From: Lama guanicoe
Lineage: Eukaryota
Length of the DNA: 64,000 nt
NCBI GenBank assembly: GCA_013239625.1
Contig: MU054187.1
Coordinates: 19,150,711-19,214,710, forward strand
Direction of reading: 5' to 3'
A program made the position numbers and the translations under genes. Below, piece by piece: positions 38,166 through 52,750 of the stretch; positions within the stretch are counted from its first letter, which is position 1, and each line of letters starts with the position of its first letter. A model generated the notes under the pieces. The model ran no database searches and was not told the origin of the DNA. It saw only the letters and a program-made list of their open reading frames with translations.

Positions 38166-39307
38166 GGCCTTGTTATAGTAAACATATTGATGGCAGTGTA
38201 TAAACAAGGCGGCTGGGGATACTGTCAAAGAATAACAAGGTACTCCCTCTTAGCAAGCTCAGAACTGTCAATAACTAGAAAGGACCTGTTTGTAAAGCCC
38301 GGCTACATCTTATTAAGGGGCTATGGGCAGCCCAATAATAAGTATTTTATGTCTGAATTTGACATACGTGATGAAAAGCAAGTATTTTCCTGAAAACTGA
38401 GAGAAAAGACAGAGTACAGTGAGTTAGTGATTAGTATTTGTGATTTAGTGGAAGAAAGACTAATTTACACCACTGTACTTTCTTTCAAAATTGCTTCGTG
38501 TGCTTTGAAATCAGCTTGTTCCTTCTCTCAGGCCACCTCAGTGGAGCCCACACACACCCATTTCCTGGCCCCACTAGGCCCGAAAGGCTGAGCTCTGAAT
38601 GGGAGAAAAAGACTGACCGTGGTATTGGGACCATTAAGTTAAGGCTAATGGCACAAAAGAGGTTCGGGCGAAGGTAGCTTTGAGGGGTGAGAAGGATCTT
38701 GATTGGCAGGGAGAGCAGTGTTATCCAGGCAAGTACAGACCAACCTCATGAAATCAGAGCACGTACAGCTACAGCAAGAAGTAAAATCAAATTACCTAAT
38801 TCATCAGGAATCAAGAAATAAGTCATGACATGGGCTCATGGCACACGGCTCTTGGCACTCATAGGCTCCGGAGTCAAGAAATAGCTCATGATGCCAAGCA
38901 CGTGGGGAGGAGTCAGTGCTCCTTCCTTCTTCCACGTTCCCTAAACATTACACGTTTTTACTTCTGATGCTGGAAACGCTTGCTATGGAGGATGAGAAGT
39001 GCTGCTAAGTCACCGGATATGGAAGGCACGTCTTCCAGACAGTCGGGTTTAACACCTCATCGTTTAAAACATGCCACCATTCATTCAATATGTATTTATT
39101 GAGCCCTGCTCAATGCCAGGCCTGGTTCTTGGCACTGGTGTGCAGCAGCCAACAAAATAAGCCCCTCGGGGGAGGGGAGTGGACAACCACCAAAGAAAAT
39201 AAGTGAACTGTATGATTTCATAGTTGCCACAAGTGCTATAGAGAAAAATAGAGCAGAAGAGGGGGTAGGGAGTGCCGGAGGTTTAACCTAAAGAAGTAAA
39301 TATTTAT

Positions 39308-39440
39308 TTATTTACTTTTTGGTTGGGGAGGGAAGGAGGTAATTAGGTTTATTTATTTATCTTTTTTTTAAACGGAGGTCTTGGGGCTTGAACCCAGGAC
39401 CTTGTGCATGCTAAGCACGTGCTCTACCACTGAGCTATAC
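39308..39440 (-). mobile_element. tRNA-derived SINE
   Basis: SINE head and tail; TSD aagaa(g/a)taaatatttat at 39291-39307 and 39441-39457. Confidence 0.88.
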
Positions 39441-42400
39441 AAGAAATAAATATTTATATTTAATTTCTTATTTATTATGATTTGTAATTATTTATTATAT
39501 TTATTTATAATGATCTATAATTACATTTACTGAAATATATTGTATTTTTAAATATATCATATTTTGTAATATATTTAATATGAATAAATATATTAAAGCA
39601 GCCTAAGAGCAGTATGGATTGTAATGCGATTTGAATGAAACTGGCAGCAGTGGGCCATTTCAAGCATTGCAGTGGACTCGGTCTTCTTCCCCTGGATAGG
39701 ATGTGTATCCTATGCATTCCATGCACTTTGGCTGAACAGTTTGAGAAGCACTGATGAGGGAAGACCAAGGATTGGCTTTGCAGAGAGTGCCACCTTACAG
39801 TCGCAGAGCAACTGGATGCCTTTTGCCTGGTTTGTTTTGATCTTAAATCACTTTTAAACCTTTGAATTCTGAGCCCCAACAATACCCAAAGCTTTTTTTT
39901 TTTGCATGTACTGAGAAGTTGTACGAAGAACATCAGGCTCAATTTAACATAATGTTCCATTTTTTTTTAAATCTGAGATTCAGAAAAATAATAATCACAC
40001 CCCCCATATCATGAGATGTAACCATAACCGGGCAGAAATATAACAAGTTTTTACCCTCTCGCAAGAGCTCGTTTATGTCCTTAAGAACCTTAAATAGATG
40101 GATTCCTTGAGAATGGTAGCTCCTTTTAAAAACTATTTTAAAACTAAAAGTGAAAATTTGCCCTTTAAACAGGTTATAAAAGGAAGATTAAGTTAGTTTT
40201 TCCACACTTCTGGGAAACTTAAAAATGATTTCAGATGATGACTGTCATTCCACCGTATGAAAAAGAGATTAAGGTTAAGAGAATCACTCATCTATTACAC
40301 CCTTCAGGCTGAAAGCCTGTGTAAGTCAAGCATAAACCTCCACCCAGATAAATGTTTCTCCCATGAGCAATTAACTCAAACCCTGTTTAACAACACAATG
40401 TACTGTCTACATGGTTCTTTAGAATACCTCCCAAAGATTTCTTTCCAGTTTATTATTATTATTAATTTAGTGAGTATAAAACTGATAGAATTACTTTCTT
40501 TTTTATTATGTAACATGTATTTGCTATTTTGGGGTGGTAGGTGTGTGTGTATGGAGAGAAAGAGATTTTCTTTGCTTCCTGATCATTTTAGTCATCTCAT
40601 ATTGACACTTGAAAGGCAACAGAAAGAACACTGAACTGGGATCTCAGAGGCTTGAGTACAAATCCTGATCTGGGGATTACTTACCGTATGACACCTGTTA
40701 AGTCTTCTAACCTCTGCAGGGTTCACAGCTCTGAGATGAATGCGTTGTACTCTTTAAGGTCTTTCAACTCTTGGGTTCCATGATGACTGACCTGAGTATG
40801 TTTTAAGTTTAAGATTAAGCCAAATGCCCATGATTAAAGTCCACAAATGGGGTCTAATATGTACAGCTACAAATGTATAGGCTCTCTTATAGAGATCCTC
40901 TCTAAGCCAACGTGACGTGCGGTGTCTTAGAACTGCCATCCCTGTTCCTAGCAATATCACCTTTAATTTCATGGGCCCTCCCTGCTTTGCTGGGAATGCA
41001 AAAATTATGAAATTTTGCAAACACTTGCTGGCATCTTATTTTACTAGTTATCTTCTCAGTGATAATAAGGTGCTGTAACAGCTACAAACCAAGTAGCTGC
41101 TACCTTATATTATCTGTATTAACATCTCTTTCCACAAAGTGAGGATTACCCCCACCCAAGATGTATACTTACTTCCTACTAATGATATTTTCATATCTCT
41201 GAAGCTTTGTTCTCATCTTATTGCTTTTTTAAATCTGAGACCTTTCTGGTACAAGTAACTGAAATCCTACCCACCCTAAAGAAAAAAAAAAAAACGGGGA
41301 AAGGGATTTTTCAGTTTGGATAATTCATCTACACATGGGCCTGAGTTTGGGGAAAGTTAGATTTGGGGCCCGTAAGATGTGTGGTCCTCTGTCTCTGTGT
41401 GTGTATGTGTGCGGGCCGGTGGGGGGCGGAAATGTTGCTTCATTATCTGGTCAACTAGAACCAGAGGGGGGGGCAGCTCTGGCCACACACCTCTCAACCC
41501 TGTAACTTGGAGCAGAGGAGTTCTTTGCCACCTGCAGCAGTTAAAGAAATCCCAGCAAAGGAGCCTGGATGCCCTCTGAATTATGAGTCCACGTCTGTGG
41601 CCAAGAGTGGAGTGCTGTGACTGGCAGCCTTCACCAAACCACATGGCTTAAGGATGGTTACTGTCCTGAGCAGAAAAAGAACATAAAAGGCCATCATGTC
41701 TTATAAATATAACCAATATGATCTAAAATCTGAAACATAAAATCAATTCAAAGGAAAAAAAATCACATCAGATATAATCTCCCTACCCAAAGACAACCAC
41801 CAACATTGTTTTGATATATTTATTTCAATTTATTTTCTATGCATTTTTTTGTTTCATATTGTTTTTCCACCTGGTTTTATAATTTAAGCTTTCACTCAGA
41901 AATGGCCATATAACTTGTAGATGGATTATGAGCTAGTAGGAGAAGAAATAAGTCATGCAAATATTACAAGAAAACATGCATGAGTATTTTTATAAGTCCC
42001 GGGGAATGACAACTGTTATAAACAGGATATCAGGTTGGAGCCATAGCAAAAAGCTGATCAATTTGACCACAGGAAAAAAACCTTTAAACTTTATGGCAAA
42101 GACACATTTAAAGAGTTTTTAAAGGTAGAAGGTAGTTGGTTTTCAACATAAAACCAAGGATTAAGATACAGACAAATGCAAATAATTCAGTATTATTAAA
42201 ACAATTAGATATAATATTTACCTATCAGACTGGTAAAAATGTTAAAGTGTTGATAATATTCAGGGTGACTGGGAGTAGGGAGAAATGGGCACTCTGTATA
42301 TACTACTGCGAAATCTTTCATAATTCTAGAATTCACTTTTGCCACTGGAAGCCAGTGAGTCCACCTCTAGCTGAGGACTCTAGAGAAACATCAGTTCATG

Positions 42401-43953
42401 AACACAAAGGCACACAGAGAGGGTCTTTGTCGCAGCACCGGTTTTAATAGTAGAATACTGAAAGCGCGTAAATATTCATCGAAAGGAGAATGGTTTAAAA
42501 AGAAGCCTTTGACAACATGGGAACCACCATGCAACAGCTAAAAGGAAGGAGGGAGGTCGCTGTGTACTAAAAGGGAAAAGGTTCAAAGTTTTCAATGAAA
42601 AAGGCAAGTTGTAAAATTATATTTAAACATGCTCTCATTTGTGTTTAAAGTAAAGCCCCACAAAATAGACTGTACATTCTAAATAGTGTGATTTCAGATG
42701 GAAAGGTGGATAGACAGATGAGAAAGTGTCTGAAAGATACCTCCTAACCCCGAGGCAGGTGAGTGAACTGAGGGAAGATAAAGGAGATCTCCTACTTTCT
42801 GTACCTTTTGCTTTTAAAAAACTGTATTCAGCTATTACATAGGTCACCTTAAAATAACAAGTAAAAACCGTTCATAGCATAATTTTTACTACAGAATCTT
42901 CTGTCCAACCATTGTGCCAAAATTTCACCGTGTCTTGCTATTTTAAACAGGGCGCTGCCAACCTTTGTACAGAAAACACTATATATCTTTTGGATTCCTT
43001 CCTTAGGATCAGAGCCAGAAGTGGAATCAGTGGTCCAAGGGTGTGCGGCTTTCTGAAGGAGTTGCTGCAATTTACAATCTGACAACCATGGGAAAGTGGC
43101 TGATTTCCTGCGCTCTCCGTGGCTTTGATCATATCATATCTCATTCTTTCCATCTTTCCCTTCCTTTGCTACTTTGATAAATGTTCCATCAAATCTCATT
43201 TTGTTTTAATTTATTTCTTTGATCATTAATGAAGAAAAGTATTTCCCCATGTGTTCAAGTTTTATTTTCCCTTCTGCGAATTCTTTTCTTATCCTTCGCC
43301 CATATGCCTACAAGAGGCTGAGTTTTGCTCTGCACTTATATGAGCTCTCGACATTAAAAGTCCTCTGTATAGTTTTTGCAAATACTTCCCTAGTTTTGTT
43401 GTTTCTCTTTAAATTTCTTCATGTTTTAGATTTATCTGTGGGTCTTTCTTTGCCTTTCTTTGCTGATTTTATTTAGAAATTCTTATCACTGTTTTTACCC
43501 CTGAGGTTTGTAATAATAATCTCTACTAGACTTCATCCTTTATCATTTTCCTTCAATTCTTTTTTTCTTAAAAAGAAAAATTTTTTGCCTCCAGGCTTCC
43601 TTTCAATTTTCTTCATATGTTATCCAACAGAATAATTTCCTTATACTACAGAATGTGCCATTGCTGGGATGAATTCTTAAAATTAAGTTTTCAGATTCAA
43701 TTCTCATTTACTTAGGATTGATTATTTGCCTTCCTGTCTGTATTTCAGTAAATAACCCTTGGTTCATCCTTTCCTTCTAATAGAAATATTTTTAAGTTTA
43801 AATAATTATCATCAAAATGATCATATTTCTAATAAGTAATGTTTTTCAAAATACCAAACTTAATCCCTTTAAAGCATTGGACATGAATACAAATGTGAAC
43901 ATACAGATAGCTCATCTGTGGGCACATTCTATAATAATGGACTTGGTCCATTT

Positions 43954-44267
43954 CTGCATTGTCCAATACGGTAGCCGCTAGCCCATATAGCTTTGGAGGA
44001 CTTGAAAGGTGGCTAGTACAGATGAAGAACCAAAGTTTAAATTGTATTTAATGCTTTTTAAAGTTTATTAATTTTTTTGGTGGGGGAGAGGTAATTAGGT
44101 TTATTTAGTATATGTTTATTCTTAGAGGAGGTACTGGGGTCTGAACCCATGACATCGTACATGCTAAGCATGTGTTCTACCACTTGAGCTATCCCCTTAA
44201 ATTGTATTTAATTTTAATTAAGTTTAAATAGCCTCTTAGCTAGTGGCTATAGGATTGGACAGTGCAG
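43954..44267 (+). mobile_element. MER3-like hAT DNA transposon relic (split by a SINE)
   Basis: tgtccaatacggtagcc…tagtggctataggattggacagtgcag resembles the MER3 consensus and its inverted ends. Confidence 0.75.
44053..44196 (-). mobile_element. tRNA-derived SINE nested in MER3
   Basis: TSD ttaaattgtatttaat at 44037-44052 and 44197-44212. Confidence 0.88.
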
Positions 44268-47200
44268 GCTCAGACTTTCCAAGGGTCCTTTTCTACCTCC
44301 CAGATCCATTTTTAGGTGAACGTAGCTGAGCTACCTCAGGAAACAGAGATTACACTCGTGATGCTTTGCTGTAAATCCGAAATCCAAACTATCATAACTG
44401 TGTTTTCTCATCTGCCTTCCTAATTTTAAGAACCTAATGTTTTTTGAATTATTAGCTTATATTTATCAGTTCTCATTTATTACCTTCATCAGGCTTCCAA
44501 TTAGGCTATTTCCAGGTTCGTGGGTGGTGAGACATGATAAGTACCTCATCTATCCCCTCTGCCTCCGGTACTATTTTTATCTATGCCATTTCAGTTCCTC
44601 TGTTTGTTATTTTATTCTCCAGCTATTCTAGGGAAAAAAGTACCTGAATTAACCCAGCAACCTATTACAAGAGTCTTAAAAGCCATAAAATATAATGAGA
44701 CATTAGCACATGCTGATATAAATGCCCCTGGGATTTCTTAAAAGCTAGTTGCAAATTTTCTTTTGTTGTTGTTGTTATTATGCCTGTTAATATTTTTAAA
44801 AAGAGAGACAGAATTTGGCAGAGTGTATAAAAATTCCTTTATACTAGGGGATAGAATTTTCCCTAAACCAATGCAGATACAGACCGTCCATCTGGCCCAC
44901 ATGCTTGGAGGGAAGGAGGGCAGAGGGTGGGCAGTAGAAGCCCTGATCATCTTCCATTTCTGTCATTAGGGATGCAGAGCTTTCTTGCAAGCTTTTTCTC
45001 TCATTTCTTTAAAAGTGATGGTGGAGTTGCTTGTTCCACCACCTCTTGTGTATAAACCCACTATCCGCACACCCCTGGTAGCGTCATCACAGCCACGGCT
45101 CCACTTGATGGACATCTTGCTTCCCTTTGACACGTTGCAGGTAAGGCTGACTTTCAAGACCCTTGGTCTAAACTGAAATTTCAAACATGACCCAGTCCAA
45201 ATACTGCTCTTTTCCAGAAGTTAAGGAAAGGGAAGAGGAGAAAAATGAAGAGAAAACAGAAAAGGAAGGAGAAGAAAGAGGACAAGAAGGGCGCGCAGCA
45301 ACAAATAGAAGGATGGTCTTGGATCTTCGGTAATTTACTAGGTTATAAATAATACTCCACACATAAGAAGTTTTCTTCTATTTAGCCTAAGTGTGTCCTT
45401 CAGAAAATTAGGGCTATTTTCCTTTATTCAATTCTCAGTGAAAATGAAAAATAGCTAGTTGTGATCTCGGATATAAAAATCATGATCTTCACTATTTTTT
45501 AAATCTTTCCTGATAGGTTTTCAATACAGACTATCAGCCATGATACCATAGTCATTTCACCCATGTTGTTTTATGCATTCCCCCTGCCGCCCCAGCTTCT
45601 TCTCTATTATTCTCCTATTAGTGATACTGTTTTCCTGTTAGTTTTAAATACTTCCCCCATGCTCACTCCATGTTCAGATCCTTGTTCTCAATGACCTCTG
45701 CATCCCTATCAGTATCTTACAAGCCATCACTCATTCCCTATCTTCTAGAACCTAAAATCTAATGTCTCCCTGAGTATATGAGCTGCCACCTTTCAGAATG
45801 GCATTCAGCTTGTTACTTAGGACTATACATACTCCTGGCTGGAACTGGCTACCTCGTTTGCAGAGCCCAAAGAATGATGAATACACAGCGCTACTTGCTC
45901 AAAATTACCATAAATTTCAAGACAGACCGCCGAGCATTAAACCAAACATGGGCTCCTCTAAGCATGGTGTCCTGGGTGACAGCTGACACCCCCATGAAGA
46001 AAGCCCTGTTTCCAGCTTTGTCATTGACACTGGAAAGGGCGGGAATAACACACTATTGGTTTCTTCCACTTCCTTTTCTCCAGATTCTTCTCTTTCCTAA
46101 GAGAAGGAGAATTCCATGTTAGGAACTGAGAGTTATTTTGTGCTTGGGCTCATGGCAGACTCAGAACCTACCTGTTCTAGAAGGACTGAGGATCTTGTTG
46201 GGGTCACGGAAGAATTTTTTGAGCAGGTGAGGAATGTGGCTCAATGGGCATGTTAGGAGGATTATTCTGGCAGCAGCCGGGAAGATAGACTCGAAGGGAA
46301 TGTTGTAGGGTCAAGGAGTTCTGCCTCAGTCCAGTGAGAAATGAAGAGAGTCTGAACTAAAGCTACTACAGAGGGTAAAGTGAGGAGAGAGTAGACTTGA
46401 GGAATATACAAAAAAGAAATCAACAAAACTGTGTGACCAGTAAGATCGGGCAGCACGAGAGAAGAAGGAACAAAAAAACCCTTTTTTTAAACTCAGACTC
46501 ACGGGACTAAGTTGAACTCAGCGAGAGTCACAGGGGAAACGAAAGCAGAGGGAAGCAGGCTTAGTGGGGAAGATGGGACCATTTGGGAAAATGTTGCGTT
46601 TGAAATGCTCATGGACATCTGGGGCAAGTCGTGTAATCACTTTCTTGAGTGTACTGATTTAGGAACTGTGCTGGTCCTTGGCCAATTTTCCATTGGATCC
46701 ATTCCTTGCTCTTCCCTCAATTTGCTCTTTATTGCACGTTGTCAATCTTTGCAGGCTGTTTCTCTCAGAGTCTCTTTTCTGGGGCTGCTCGCTTGGTTTA
46801 GCCAAAGAGAAACTGGTGGGAGATTAGAGGGAGTAAGGCAGAAGCCAGGAAATATCTCCCTGTCTCTGCTCTAGGAGTGTCCTCCCACTGGGCTTGTCTC
46901 CTCCAAGGCTCTGTTCCTCCGCATAGACCAGTGGCTCCGGTTTCCCCCAAATCACTAGAGCCACTGGCCAGGGCATAGCCCCGCCTCTTCCTGTCATCCC
47001 TCCAGCCTAGTGGGTAGCAGCTTCCTGTCCTTGATTTTTGTGTTGTCTCAACACCTCCTTGTTTGTTTTTTTCCCTCTTTCCCATCGCCTGTGGGGATAA
47101 AATTTCTTGTATTTTAAAATGTAGAGTGTTTTCTTTTTTCCTGCTTGGATCCTACCTGATACAGAACTCATGAGCACACATAGATATTTGTTAAAGTAAG

Positions 47201-48577
47201 TGAATGTTTTGAGATGGCAGATGAGGACTGAAAATTGTCAATTGAGTTTGGTAACAAGTTGGTAATATTAACAAGAGCATTTTTCAGGGGACTCATGAGC
47301 ATGAAAGCCAGATTGCAGTGAATTTTAAAAACGGCTGAGAATTAAGGAAGTAATGAGTGCATATTTCAGAGTTTTATTTTTTTTTCTAGAAATTTAACTG
47401 TTAAAGGAAGTAGGGAAGGAAGTAGGATAGAGAGAATTTTTGAAGATGGGAAAGACTTGGATATAATTAAAATAAAATAGAGAAGAAAAAGAAGGGGTAA
47501 ATGACAAAGAGAGATGCTAAGAGCCCAGTAGATAAATTGACTGCATTGGCAGAGGGTCATTTGTTTGTCTCAGATAAGAGAAAAAAACCTCAAGAATGAT
47601 GTAGATGAAGATACTTTTGTAGGTGGAAGGTCAGATAAGAATTTGATTTAGTACAAAGTCAAGGACTTCTATTTTCTCTGTGTAATAGCAGAGGGTGTGC
47701 TCGTGGGTTTCCAGAGAGTGGTGGAAATCAGCACTGGTCCCTAAGGGGAATGGGAGAAATAGCAGATACAGGTCAGGGCCAAGTCATGGCGAGATTAAAG
47801 AGCAGTTGAAGTTGGCTCCCGCAAATGGTGTTTCCACTGTGATGCTCTCCAGTTTGACAATCTCAACCAGTGATGGGCTGGTTCCTTGGTGGACCTTTTT
47901 CTCCTATATCCCAGCTTTATCTTTGAAAAATATCTTGAATCCAACCGATTCCACCATCTCAATCACTTTGCTTTTATCTTGCACTCATCATCTCTGAGTT
48001 GGACGACCACGCTGACTCCTAACTAGGCTGATTGCTTTCACTTTTGTCTGTCTGCAGGCAAACCTTTACATAGCAGCCAATGGTCTTACATACAGAAAAC
48101 GAAGTACGCCCCTCTCCAAGAGCCTCCAATAATTCCCCACCACACTCAGAAGAAATAGAAATGTCCTTATGAGACCTAAAGGACCCCGTACCATCTAGCC
48201 CCGTCCCACCTCTCAGTGACCTGCTCTCCCCTCCTTCTTCTCTGTCCACATCGCCTTCCCAGTCTTTCCTGATCACACCAAACTCGTGTTCGTGTCAGGC
48301 TGTCACACTTCTAGTCCCTTCTGCCAGGATGCTGCTGCTGGCTCCTGCATTCCACTCAAGCGTCTTATTCAGGTTTCATGTCCTGAATATGGCCTTTCGT
48401 CCCCACCTTGCTAAAATTGCACTCCAAATCTGATGCTTTTTTTCTTCTTTAGAGCATCTATTACTAGCAGCTAAAATGTAAGCTCCAGAGGCTGAGACAT
48501 TGGCTGTCTTGCAAGAACAGTGCCTAGCATTTGTAGATGCTCAAACATTTCTTTCCTTATTTTAACTAATACTCAAA

Positions 48578-49019
48578 TCTAAACAGATATTTCTCCAGTG
48601 AAGACATCCAGATGGCCAACAGGCACATGAAAAGATGCTCAACATCACTAATTATCAGAGAAATGCAAATCAAAACTACAATGAGGTATCACCTCATACC
48701 GGTCAGAATGGCCATCATCAAAGTCTACAAATAATAAATGCTGGAGAGGGTGTGGAGGAAAGGGAGCCCTCCTACACTGTTGGTGGGGATGTAATTTGGT
48801 GCAGCCATTATGGAGAACAGTATGGAGGTGCTGTAAAAAACTAAAAATAGACTTAGCATAGGATCCAGCAGTCCCACTCCTGGGCATATATCTGGAGAAA
48901 ATTCTAATTCAAAAAGATACATGCAACCCAATGTTCAAAGCAATGCTATTTAGAATACCCAAGACATGGAAATAACCTAAATGTCCATCCACAGATGACT
49001 GGATAAAGAAGATGTGGTA

Positions 49020-49076
<57 letters not shown>

Positions 49077-49580
49077 GCAATGGAATATTACTCAACCATA
49101 AAAAGGAATGAAATAATGCCATTTCAGCAATATGGATGGACCTAAGGATTATCATACTAAGTTAAGTCAGACAAAGAAAGTCAAATAGCACATGATATCA
49201 CTTATATGTGGAATCTAAAACAAAGGTGAAATTCTTTACAAAACATAAATAGTCTCATAGACATTGAAAACAAACTAACGGTTACCAAAGGGGAAAAGGA
49301 GAGAGGGATAAATTAGGAGTTTGGAATTAACATACATAAAATAGATAAGCAACAGGGATCTACTTCCTGTATAGCACAGGGAACTGTATTCAATATCTTG
49401 TAATAACTTAATAATGGAAACTATAAAGATTATTACAATATCCTGTAATAACCTATAATGGGAAATATAAATATATATATATATATATACACACACATGT
49501 GTGTATAACTGAATCACTTTGCTGTACACCTGAAACATTGTAAATCAACTATACTTCAATTTAAAAAACATTTATAAAAT
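48578..49580 (+). mobile_element. 5'-truncated L1 (ORF2 C-terminus and 3'UTR) containing a (CTGT)n(CTAT)n microsatellite
   Basis: aaatgcaaatcaaaactacaatgaggtatcacctc and related motifs; reverse-complement match to 12600-13480. Confidence 0.88.
49021..49076. repeat. Compound tetranucleotide STR (CTGT)n(CTAT)n
   Basis: Direct reading. Confidence 0.95.
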
Positions 49581-49679
49581 AAAGTAATATTTGACTCTTC
49601 CATCTCTATCCCCATAAGAATGTTTATCTAGTCTAGTGAGCCAACAAACTGACTTTTGCATCTTTCTGCTGCAAGCTCC

Positions 49680-49860
49680 GATTTTTCTCAAACTTTAACA
49701 TGTCTCAGAATCACCTGGAGGGCTTATTAAACACAGGTTAATGGCACACAGCCTCAAAGTCTCTGATTTCGAAGACATGAGGTGGGGCTGGCTGGAAAAC
49801 AGCGCCATGAACAAGTCGCCAGGTACCTCTGATCCTGGTACCACACTTCGAGAACATAAG
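49680..49860. mobile_element. MER5A-like DNA transposon relic
   Basis: ttctcaaact…cagaatcacctggagggctt…ccacacttcgagaa. Confidence 0.72.
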
Positions 49861-50448
49861 AAACACCTGTGACAAATATCACCTCCAGCAGGGTCCCTCC
49901 TTCTCACCTGTGTCACCCATCACCCCTTCTGCAATTGCCAGCAGCATCACAGAAAGCCAGGAGGACTTGTGCCTGGACTCTGTTCCTCGAGAGAAGGGCA
50001 TACTTGTGAGATGAAGCACAAAGCTTCCATTTCTCACTCTTGGGATTTTGTGCTGTAGTCAGATTCTGAAAAAAGTCCGTGGGAAAAAATGCTTGTGGAA
50101 CATTATGCATTCTAGTTATGTCAAAATGTGTAAAGGGAATGCTTTGCACTTTCATGCCCTTCATGTCAGGCTTTAGGTCAGTGCTTTCTGTGTCTTGCAG
50201 AATACATCAGGGTCACCAGCACTTCCACAAGGCTGTGGCTGGCCACAGACAATCAAACAGGGCTCTGTGGTGGCGATCGCAAGTCTAGGCATGACAGATT
50301 GTTTAACTTCTGCCCTGAGCTATTCAAAGGGAACAGGAGCAAGATTCCATTCTTGAGCTGTGGCTGAGACTTCTTATTTACTCCAGTGGGTCATGGGGGG
50401 TGGAGTGAAGGGGAGAAGCTTCTGGAGGTTTTCTCATTTTAAAGGTGT

Positions 50449-50730
50449 GTGTGATGGTCTGAATGTTTGTGTCCTCCCCAGAGTTCAGATGTTGAAACCT
50501 GACCCCCAAGGGGACAGCATTAGGAGGTGGAGCTTTGGGGTGATGATTAGGTCGTAAGGGCAGAATCCTCATGAATGGGATTAGTGCCTTTACAAGAGAG
50601 GCCTGGGAGGGCCCCCTCACTTTGTCTACTATGTGAAGTTGCAATGAGAAGACCACTGTCTATGAGGACGTGGGTCCTCAATGGATGCTGAATTTGCCGG
50701 TGTCATGATCTTGAACTTTCCAGCCGAACA
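50449..50730 (+). mobile_element. MaLR (MLT1A-like) LTR fragment
   Basis: tgtgatggtctgaatgtttgtgtcc…ctcatgaatgggattagtgcc. Confidence 0.75.
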
Positions 50731-51149
50731 GAATAAGACAGTGTGGATTTGTTTTGTGTGTGTGTGTGTTTCAGCTTCCACTTAGATGGATCATCCTGGA
50801 GCACTTCCGGTCCTCTAAGAGGCTTCTCTGTTTCTTCCCTACCCCAGCCTTTTTCATGCACAGTTAAAGTTGAGTGATAATTCTGAGCTCCATAGTCCTT
50901 CTGCTTGCTCCCTGATAATCTCCTATGGCTCATTCCCCAGAGCAAAATGACTAAAGCTCTTTCTGAGAATGTAATAGCCGGGGTGGGTGCAAGGGGACCC
51001 ATTCAAAAGTTATGATCCATTAATACCCTAGCCAGAATTTGTCTGTGATGGGCTAATCATGCTCTTAGTAGGTTTTTGAACTCAGGAAAGAAAAGTTTTG
51101 TGGGAAAATGGTGGGGAGGTGGGATCAGAGAAGTCCTAGGGTAAAAAGA

Positions 51150-51452
51150 GTGGCAGACAAGTGACCCTTGTGACAGAATTGTTGTTAATCTTGACTGTTA
51201 TGGTGAGGACACAAATCTACATGCATGACAGTATTGCACAGAGCTAAAGCCACACACACACAACTGCATGTAAAACTGGTAAAATCTGAATAAGGTGGAG
51301 TGTATGAATACCAATATCCTGGTTGTGATATTTACACATGGTACTAGATGTCACCACTGGGAAACTAGGCGAAGGGTACATGGGATCTCTCTGTGTTATT
51401 TCTTACAACTGCATGTGAACCTACAATGATCTCATAATAACCATTTAAAAAA
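51150..51452 (+). mobile_element. L1MC-like 3' end
   Basis: Similar to 10930-11190 (cctggttgtgatat…ttcttacaact…gtgaa). Confidence 0.7.
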
Positions 51453-52199
51453 ATAATTTCAGCAGCAGCATCACTGACCCTACCTGGGTGTTCACCTGTG
51501 CCAGGTAGACCGTCCTAAATGCTCTTCTCTTCCTGAGGAAGAATGTGCCTATCATCACTCCATGGTTTCTGGAAAATTCTCCATTATACATTGGCATCAA
51601 ATAACCACATCTGTTTATTGTGTGCTTTCTAAGTGGCCAGCCGCTTTTCACAAATTATTCCATTAAACCTTCACAGCAAGTCTGGATGTATTATCTCCAC
51701 TTTGTTGATAAGAAAATGGAGGCGCAGAGAGGTCTTGTCCAAAATCATATAACCATCGTGAGCAGAACCAGCGGAGACGCTTAGATGGGTGGAGCCCGAA
51801 GCTACTCCCCAGCCTCTGAGCTCTGCTGCCCCCAACACCGAAACTCCAGACTCAAACAATCATTTAATTTCTCCCTGATGCTAAATGTTTTTCAGTCTCC
51901 TGGTGTCCACTGACTAGGCGTGAATCTGCTTTATTTTGCTGGGCTATGTGACAGATACAGATCTTGCCTATTCATTTTGCAAAGCACACTCTGGGAACTT
52001 TCTTTGCTATGTTAATCTAGTCACTACTCAAGGCTCAGACAAGTTTTTTTTTTCACTTACATGGTTCAGTACACACAGCGGCAATGCACTATTTAATGTT
52101 TAATAACATCATCACGATGATGGCAGTGACATTTTGCGTTGAGGGTCTGCAGGAAGCAATCAGCATCTCAAACATATAAGCCATCAACTCGTCCAGTTT

Positions 52200-52750
52200 C
52201 TCTCACCCCCGCGTCACTGCAGAGCACCTGGTGGGGTACTGAGGACTTAACCGGTTATCTCTCGGGCCCCCTGAGCAAGGGGGGAACATTCTGTTTCTCC
52301 ATCGCCCTATAATCCCAGAGACTAGACACGCGGAGCCAGAAGGAATGGCCGAAGATAAGCAAAGAAATTCACAGCACCCGGCCGCAGGCCCCAGGTGACC
52401 ACGTGGCTCCCTCCACGCTTCCTGCGGGCCTCGCACACTTTCACTTTTCTCCTGGGGCGCCCGCCCACTCCGAGCGACTCCACGTCCTGGTTTTCCCCGG
52501 GCTCCCTCCCCGCGCCAGCCGGCTGCGTGTAAACACGCGGGGCTGCGCGCAGGGCCGCGGCGATTGGAGGAGCGGCGCCTGGCCTCCCGCCGCAGGGCCG
52601 CCGAGCTGTCAGTTACGCGTACAGTGCGGGCTAGATTTTGGCGCCACAGCTGGGAGTGAGGCTTTTGTTCCAAAACAAAAACAAGCGCCTGAATGGCAGG
52701 GCTGCCAGCGCCCAGCCCCGGCGAGGCGGGCATAAAGGAGCTGCCTGGTG
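52200..52750. promoter_or_regulatory. Orphan CpG-rich island, candidate enhancer or promoter ~16 kb upstream of ZNF704
   Basis: Locally CpG-dense and not a recognisable repeat. Contains a FOX-like TGTAAACA (~52528), an E2F-like TTTTGGCGCC (52636-52645) and a consensus donor CTG|GTGAGT (GT at 52748). Confidence 0.65.
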